Source: Alphaproteobacteria bacterium
GTDB taxonomy: Bacteria; Pseudomonadota; Alphaproteobacteria; CALKHQ01
Assembly (NCBI GenBank): GCA_965227515.1
Contig: CBDDFZ010000001.1
Location: forward strand, 832,001 to 896,000
Reading direction: 5' to 3'
DNA length: 64,000 nucleotides
The notes under the pieces are model-generated. The model ran no database searches and was not told the origin of the DNA. It saw only the letters and a program-made list of their open reading frames with translations. The position numbers were made by a program, and so were the translations under genes. Below, one piece after another: positions 58,747 through 64,000 of this stretch. How positions within the stretch are numbered: position 1 is the first letter of the stretch; every line of letters starts with the position of its first letter.

Positions 58747-59387
58747 CGCAACTCGCCATCATCCGACACGGTCCCACCCAATGGAACGCGGCGCGCAAGC
58801 TGCAAGGCCACACCGACGTACCGCTCAGCCGCGAGGGCCGGGCGATGGTGCGCGGCTGGCGGCTGCCGGACGAGCTGCGCGACCACAGATGGGTCTCCAG
58901 CCCGCTGAGCCGGGCGCTGGAAACCGCGCGCATCATGGGCGCGCCGACAGATATCGGCCTCGAGCCACGGTTGCGCGAAGTCGGCTATGGCGACTGGGAG
59001 GGGCGGACCTACGCCAGCATCGTGCGCGAGATCGGCGAGGATGCGATGAACGCGCTGCAGGCGCGCGGCCTGGACTATCAGCCGCCCGGCGGCGAGAGCC
59101 GTCGCGAATTCCACGACCGGCTGAACGACTGGCTGCGCGACATCGCCCACGAGGGCGGCCGCGTGCTGGCCTTCGCCCACCAGGGCGTCATTCGTGCCCT
59201 GGCCGCCATCGCCCACGACTGGGACTATCTGGGCAAGCCGCCGGGCCAGCTCTCAAGCCTGAAGATCCGCGCCGTGGCCCACTATTTCGAGGTGGCGGAC
59301 GGCGGCAAGCTGACCATCCGCACCCTCAACGTGCCGCTGGCCCAAAGCGCGCACGCCGTCAGCGCCGACCCCATGGTCGGCCGCTAG
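58743..59387 (+). CDS. Histidine phosphatase (phosphoglycerate mutase family)
   Basis: IRHG.T.WN, SSPL.RA.ETA, E..YG.WEG, PPGGES, H.GVIR. Confidence 0.9.
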   Translation: MTQLAIIRHGPTQWNAARKLQGHTDVPLSREGRAMVRGWRLPDELRDHRWVSSPLSRALETARIMGAPTDIGLEPRLREVGYGDWEGRTYASIVREIGEDAMNALQARGLDYQPPGGESRREFHDRLNDWLRDIAHEGGRVLAFAHQGVIRALAAIAHDWDYLGKPPGQLSSLKIRAVAHYFEVADGGKLTIRTLNVPLAQSAHAVSADPMVGR

Positions 59388-59390
59388 TTC

Positions 59391-60500
59391 ATGAGCCAGT
59401 CGCCGAACATCCGCACGTTCAAAATCGCCGTGTTCCCCGGCGACGGAATCGGGCGGGAAGTGATGGCGCCGTGCCTGGTGCTGCTGAACGACGTGATGGC
59501 GGCGGCCGGTGATGCCCGGCTGGAGTTCGTGGAGATGGAGGCCGGCGCCGACCTCTATCACCGGACCGGCGATGCGCTGCCCCAGGAGACACTGGATGAG
59601 GCCGGCCGCGCCGACGCCATCCTGCTCGGCGCCATGGGCGACCCCAACATTCGCTATGCCGACGGCCGGGAGATCGCGCCGCAGGTCGACATCCGCGAGG
59701 CGTTCCAGCTCTTCGCCGGGGTGCGGCCGATCCGCACCTGGCCGGGCCTGCCGTCGGTGCTGAGCGATCCTCGCGCGGCGGCGCTGGACGTGATCCTGAT
59801 CCGCGAATCGACCGAGGGCATGTTCGCCGGCCGCAAGTCGGGCGTGGTCACCGCCGATGTGGCCCACGACACCATGACGATCACCCGTCCCGCCAGCGAG
59901 CGGCTGTTCGACTTCGCCTTCACGCTGGGGCGGCGGCGCAAGGCGGCGGGCCATCCCGGCCGGGTCACCTGCGTCGACAAGGCCAACATCTTCGGCTCGT
60001 TCGCGTTCTTCCGCTCGATATTCGACGAGCGCGCCACGCACTATGCGGACGTCACCGCGGAGCACTGCCACGTCGACGCGGCGGCCATGCACATGGTGCG
60101 CAGCCCGTGGTCGTTCGACGTGATGGTGACCGAGAACCTGCTGGGCGACATCCTGTCCGACCTGGGCGCCGGGCTGATGGGCGGCATGGGCATGGCGCCG
60201 TCGGCCGACATCGGGGCCGAGAACGCCGTGTTCCAGCCGTGCCACGGGACCGCGCCGGATATCGTCGGCTCCGGCAAGGCCAACCCGACGGCGATGTTCC
60301 TGTCGGCGGCGATGATGCTGGACTGGCTGGGCGAGCGGCATGCGGTGCCGGGCTGCCGCACGGCGGCGGGCATGATCGACGGCGCGGTGCAGGCCGCGTT
60401 CGCGCACGGGACGCTGAAGCCTTTCGAACTCGGCGGCGACGCCGGGCTGGACGCAATCACCGGTGCGATCCGCGGCGAGCTGGAGCAGCCGGCGGGTTGA
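59391..60500 (+). CDS. Isocitrate/isopropylmalate/tartrate dehydrogenase family beta-decarboxylating dehydrogenase
   Basis: PGDGIG.EV, RESTEG, VDKAN, FDV.VTENL.GDILSDL, HGTAPDI.G.GKANP. Confidence 0.9.
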   Translation: MSQSPNIRTFKIAVFPGDGIGREVMAPCLVLLNDVMAAAGDARLEFVEMEAGADLYHRTGDALPQETLDEAGRADAILLGAMGDPNIRYADGREIAPQVDIREAFQLFAGVRPIRTWPGLPSVLSDPRAAALDVILIRESTEGMFAGRKSGVVTADVAHDTMTITRPASERLFDFAFTLGRRRKAAGHPGRVTCVDKANIFGSFAFFRSIFDERATHYADVTAEHCHVDAAAMHMVRSPWSFDVMVTENLLGDILSDLGAGLMGGMGMAPSADIGAENAVFQPCHGTAPDIVGSGKANPTAMFLSAAMMLDWLGERHAVPGCRTAAGMIDGAVQAAFAHGTLKPFELGGDAGLDAITGAIRGELEQPAG

Positions 60501-60517
60501 TCGTGGACAGCTTGCGC

Positions 60518-60610
60518 TGAGTTCTGCGCCAGCCCTCTCCCCCACCCGGCCACCCACGAGAGTATCCTGTCTGGGTGGCCGGGTGGGGGAGAGGGCCGGT
60601 GCCGAATTGA
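60518..60610. repeat. Family A hairpin repeat, copy 7
   Basis: GCCCTCTCCCCCACCCGGCCACCCA / TGGGTGGCCGGGTGGGGGAGAGGGC perfect arms. Confidence 0.9.
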
Positions 60611-60681
60611 ACGACAAGGAATAGACCGAATACCCTGGGTCCCCAATATCAGCAGGGGCAAATGTTTGATGGAGGCGCGAC

Positions 60682-61671
60682 ATGGGCGTGATGATCGACG
60701 GCCAGTGGTTCGAGGGGTTCCACAAGACGCGCAAAACCGGCGAAGGCGGCCGGTTCGTTCGCCAGCAGTCCAAGTTCCGCAGTTGGGTCACCGCTGACGG
60801 CAGCGCCGGTCCCACCGGCGAGGACGGCTTCGCGGCCGAGGCGGGCCGCTATCACCTCTATGTCTCCCTGGCATGCCCGTGGGCGCACCGCACCCTGATC
60901 TTACGCGCGCTGAAACGGCTGGAGGACGCGATCTCGCTGTCGGTGGTCGACTACTTCATGGGCGAAAACGGCTGGGAGTTCAGCGACCGGCCCGGTGCGG
61001 TGCCGGACACGGTGAACGATGCCGCCTTCCTGTATCAGGTCTACACCACGGCGGAGCGCACCTATACCGGACGGATCACGGTGCCGGTGCTGTGGGACAA
61101 GCAGCGCAAGACCATCGTCAACAACGAGTCCGCCGAGATCATCCGCATGTTCAACACCGCGTTCGATGGGTTGGGCGGCGGTGTCGGCAACCCGGACCTG
61201 GACCTCTATCCCGAGGACCTGCGCGACGAGATCGAGGCGGTGAACGACCGCGTCTACGACACCGTCAACAACGGGGTCTACAAGTGCGGCTTCGCCACCA
61301 CCCAGGACGCCTATGACGAGGCCATCGGCCCACTGTTCGACACGCTGGACTGGCTGGAGGCGCGGCTGTCGCGGCAGGCGTTCGTCGCCGGCGACCGGCT
61401 GACCGAGGCCGACTGGCGCCTGTTCACCACCCTGGTGCGCTTCGACCCGGTCTACAACACCCACTTCAAGTGCAATGTGCGCCGTTTGGTCGACTATCCC
61501 AACCTCTGGGCCTACACGCGCCAGCTCTACCAGATGCCGGGGGTCGCGGGGACGGTGAACTTCGACCACATCAAGGGCCACTACTACACCAGCCACGAGT
61601 CGGTGAACCCGCACCGCATTGTGCCTGCAGGCCCGCTGGTCGACTTCGACGAACCTCACGGGCGCGGTTGA
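60682..61671 (+). CDS. yqjG: Glutathionyl-hydroquinone reductase (omega/Xi-class GST)
   Basis: GRYHLYVS.ACPWAHR, TVPVLWD, IVNNES.EI, NNGVY..GFA..Q, HIK.HYY.SH. Confidence 0.92.
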   Translation: MGVMIDGQWFEGFHKTRKTGEGGRFVRQQSKFRSWVTADGSAGPTGEDGFAAEAGRYHLYVSLACPWAHRTLILRALKRLEDAISLSVVDYFMGENGWEFSDRPGAVPDTVNDAAFLYQVYTTAERTYTGRITVPVLWDKQRKTIVNNESAEIIRMFNTAFDGLGGGVGNPDLDLYPEDLRDEIEAVNDRVYDTVNNGVYKCGFATTQDAYDEAIGPLFDTLDWLEARLSRQAFVAGDRLTEADWRLFTTLVRFDPVYNTHFKCNVRRLVDYPNLWAYTRQLYQMPGVAGTVNFDHIKGHYYTSHESVNPHRIVPAGPLVDFDEPHGRG

Positions 61672-61694
61672 ACGGTCTGGCCGCCCCCTGAGAT

Positions 61695-61874
61695 CTGTCG
61701 TCCTCGCCCTTGTGGCGAGGACCTATTTGTGTCCAATACGCCAATAGACCCAATAGACTACGAGTGTGACTGGCGTTTGCGGCGGCTACGGAGCGGTTCG
61801 TCAGGCTCAAGCCACCGGGCACGGACCACGCCGTCGGCGAAATGGGCCCTCGCCACGGCGGGCGAGGGCGACGA
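61695..61874. repeat. Family B REPIN-like element, copy 3 (115-bp spacer)
   Basis: TGTCGTCCTCGCCCTTGTGGCGAGGACCTAT / ATGGGCCCTCGCCACGGCGGGCGAGGGCGAC. Confidence 0.8.
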
Positions 61875-61885
61875 GAGATGGATGG

Positions 61886-62488
61886 ATGATGCCCGAAGCA
61901 CCCCGACCTGACCGCTATGGCGCGGTCGCCCAGGCCCTGCACTGGATCATGGCGCTGCTGATCGGCGCCATGCTGGTGGTCGGCATCTACATGCTGCGCC
62001 TGCCGCAGGCGGAGAAATTCCCCGGCAAGATCGGCTACGACCTCTACCAGCTCCACAAGTCGGTCGGGCTGGTGGTGCTGGTGCTGGCGGTGCTGCGGAT
62101 CGGCTGGCGGCTGACGCACCGCGCGCCGCGCCTGCCGGCGACCCTGAAGCCCTATGAAAAGGGGCTGGCCCATGCGAGCCACCTGGCGCTCTATCTGCTG
62201 ATCCTCGCCATGCCGCTGAGCGGCTGGCTGATGGTCTCGGCCAGCGAGCTGGCCCATGGCATGCTCCCAACTCGCTTCTTCGACCTGTTCACCGTGCCGA
62301 ACCTGCTCGCCGCCGACGAGGCCGCCGAGGCCACGCTCGGCCAGGTCCACACGGTCCTCGCTTTTGCCGCAATCGCGGTGCTTGTGCTGCATGTCGGCGC
62401 GGCGCTGAAGCATCATTTCGTATTGAAGGACAACGTGCTGTTGCGCATGTTGCCGTTCACCCGGCTGAGGTCGACGCCCGGGGATTGA
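61886..62488 (+). CDS. yceJ: Cytochrome b561 (YceJ-like)
   Basis: RY......LHW, HKSVG, H.ALY, PLSGW, H..A.LKHHF..KD..L.RM. Confidence 0.87.
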   Translation: MMPEAPRPDRYGAVAQALHWIMALLIGAMLVVGIYMLRLPQAEKFPGKIGYDLYQLHKSVGLVVLVLAVLRIGWRLTHRAPRLPATLKPYEKGLAHASHLALYLLILAMPLSGWLMVSASELAHGMLPTRFFDLFTVPNLLAADEAAEATLGQVHTVLAFAAIAVLVLHVGAALKHHFVLKDNVLLRMLPFTRLRSTPGD

Positions 62489-62518
62489 TCCACCACACAC
62501 AGGTAGGAGCCCGCATCC

Positions 62519-63091
62519 ATGATCCGTCCCGCCATCGCCGCTGCGACAGTCGCCGCCCTGGCCGTTTCCGCAGTCACAGGCCAGGCCATGGCCGCCACCT
62601 GGGCGGTGGATGCGACCGAGGACGCGCTGACCTGGATCGTGCCGTTTGCCGGTGAGACCCGCCTGGGCCGATTCGAGCGTTTCGACGCCGATATCCAGTT
62701 CGATCCGGCCGATCCGGCGTCGGCCAGCGTGACCGTGGTCGTGGATATGTCGAGCGTGTCCACCGACAACGAGGAAGAGGACCTGGAACTGGCCAAGCCG
62801 GAGTGGCTGGATATCGCCGGCCAGCCGACCGCGACGTTCACCGCCCAGGGCTTCGAGCCGCTGGAGGACGGTCGCTATCGCGCCGCCGGCACGCTGACCT
62901 TGCGCGGCGCCTCCAACCCGCAGGTGCTGGAGTTCGCCTTCGATGTCGAGGGCGCGACCGCCCATGTGGTGGGCGGCACCGTGATCGACCGCATCGCCTA
63001 TGGGGTGGGCCAGGGCCAGTGGGAGAACGACGACGTCGTCGGCTTCTCGGTCCAGGTCAACTTCGACCTCGCGCTGCACCTTGCCGACTGA
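62519..63091 (+). CDS. yceI: YceI-family periplasmic lipid/polyisoprenoid-binding protein
   Basis: Signal peptide, W.VD, G.F.RF...I.FDP, G.LTLRG, DR..YGVG.G.W. Confidence 0.85.
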   Translation: MIRPAIAAATVAALAVSAVTGQAMAATWAVDATEDALTWIVPFAGETRLGRFERFDADIQFDPADPASASVTVVVDMSSVSTDNEEEDLELAKPEWLDIAGQPTATFTAQGFEPLEDGRYRAAGTLTLRGASNPQVLEFAFDVEGATAHVVGGTVIDRIAYGVGQGQWENDDVVGFSVQVNFDLALHLAD

Positions 63092-63761
63092 CGAACCGAC
63101 CGCCGCACCCCGGCAACCGGACACGCCCGCGCAACCGGAGACGCCGGAGGCCAAGGACGGCGGGCATGATGCCTCGCCACGCCCGCTGTCGCAGGTGCTG
63201 GTCGAAATGACCGAGCGCGGCAGCGAACGCATCTCGCTGGAAGAGATCGCGACCGCGCTGGCGGACCGCAGCTTCGCGGCGATGCTGCTGCTGTTCGCGG
63301 CACCTAACATGCTGCCGCTGCCGCCGGGCGCCTCCGGCGTGCTGGGCGCGCCGCTGGTGCTGATCGCGTTCCAGTTGATGATCGCCCGCGATCATCTGTG
63401 GCTGCCGAATTTCTTGCGCAAGCGGTCGGTGGACCGCAGCAAGTTCCGCCGGGTGGCGGAAAAGCTGCGCTCCAAGCTGGAGCGGCTGGAGAAGCTGGTG
63501 CGGCCGCGGATGTGGCCGTTCCCGCGCGCGTTGACCGAGCGCTATGTCGGCGTCGTCACCCTGCTGCTGGCCGTCATCCTGGCGCTGCCGATCCCGTTCA
63601 ACAACATGCTGCCGGCGTTTGCCATCGTGGTGCTGAGCCTGGGCCTGATGGCGCGCGACGGCCTGTGGCTGCTGTTCGGCACGCTGTTGTTCCTGGGCTC
63701 CGTCGGCATCATCGTGGCACTCGCGTTCGCGCTCGACTTCGCGGCGTCGGAACTGCTGTAG
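63081..63761 (+). CDS. exoD: ExoD-family membrane protein
   Basis: RSFAAMLLLFA.PN.LP.PPG, LWLP, LPIPF.N.LPA, ARDG. Confidence 0.87.
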   Translation: MPTDEPTAAPRQPDTPAQPETPEAKDGGHDASPRPLSQVLVEMTERGSERISLEEIATALADRSFAAMLLLFAAPNMLPLPPGASGVLGAPLVLIAFQLMIARDHLWLPNFLRKRSVDRSKFRRVAEKLRSKLERLEKLVRPRMWPFPRALTERYVGVVTLLLAVILALPIPFNNMLPAFAIVVLSLGLMARDGLWLLFGTLLFLGSVGIIVALAFALDFAASELL

Positions 63762-63803
63762 CAGGTTCCGCTCGCCGCATTGCGCTTAACCGTTTCCCCC
63801 TAA

Positions 63804-63983
63804 CCGTCATCCTCGGGCTTGTCCTGAGGATCCATTTTTGTCCAATCCGCCAAAGGGTTAAGTGCTGCTCGCACAGCTACGGGGCGATCGCCTGATATGG
63901 CAATCTGCATCACGATCGGATCAAGCCGGACCCATCCGGTCCCGCGGCAACATGGGCCCTCGCCACAAGGGCGAGGGCGACGA
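63804..63983. repeat. Family B REPIN-like element, copy 4 (116-bp spacer)
   Basis: CCGTCATCCTCGGGCTTGTCCTGAGGATCCAT / ATGGGCCCTCGCCACAAGGGCGAGGGCGACG. Confidence 0.8.
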
Positions 63984-64000
63984 TGGTGGGGGTTTTCTGT

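Noticed and set aside
59391-60500. Calling this gene leuB
   Set aside because: Family is clear but substrate-determining residues and context (after the GT operon, no leuCD) do not distinguish LeuB from tartrate/D-malate or other paralogues

Overview
High-GC alphaproteobacterial chromosomal window (probably Rhodospirillales-like; inferred from gene order ispH-thrB-rnhA, split gcvPA/PB and an alpha-type L31) with about 60 genes. Core or well-known content: lpdA, rpmE, gcvT-H-PA-PB behind a tandem glycine riboswitch, ispH, thrB, rnhA, rluB, rsmD, a MesD-type methionine synthase, yqjG, yceJ/yceI and exoD. Accessory content: a TetR-controlled KAS III (DarB/StlD-like) + heme-oxygenase-like diiron enzyme + unknown-protein operon; a RelE/HigB-HigA type II TA pair; an orphan low-GC PemK/MazF-fold toxin whose 3' end carries a promoter reading into a ~130-nt structured, terminator-ended non-coding RNA (best candidate for an undescribed system: a putative RNA antitoxin); an IS481-family element inserted in the loop of a REP hairpin; an RTX protein; and a divergent locus of three glycosyltransferases + histidine phosphatase versus a degenerate-ATPase ABC exporter + stand-alone cNMP-binding protein. 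Intergenic DNA is dense in palindromic repeats: seven copies of a ~90-bp hairpin whose loop occurs in both orientations, and four ~180-bp REPIN-like elements with fixed-length (114-116 bp) but hypervariable spacers. No CRISPR array, rRNA or tRNA was seen. Family names come from motif recognition by eye, not database searches.
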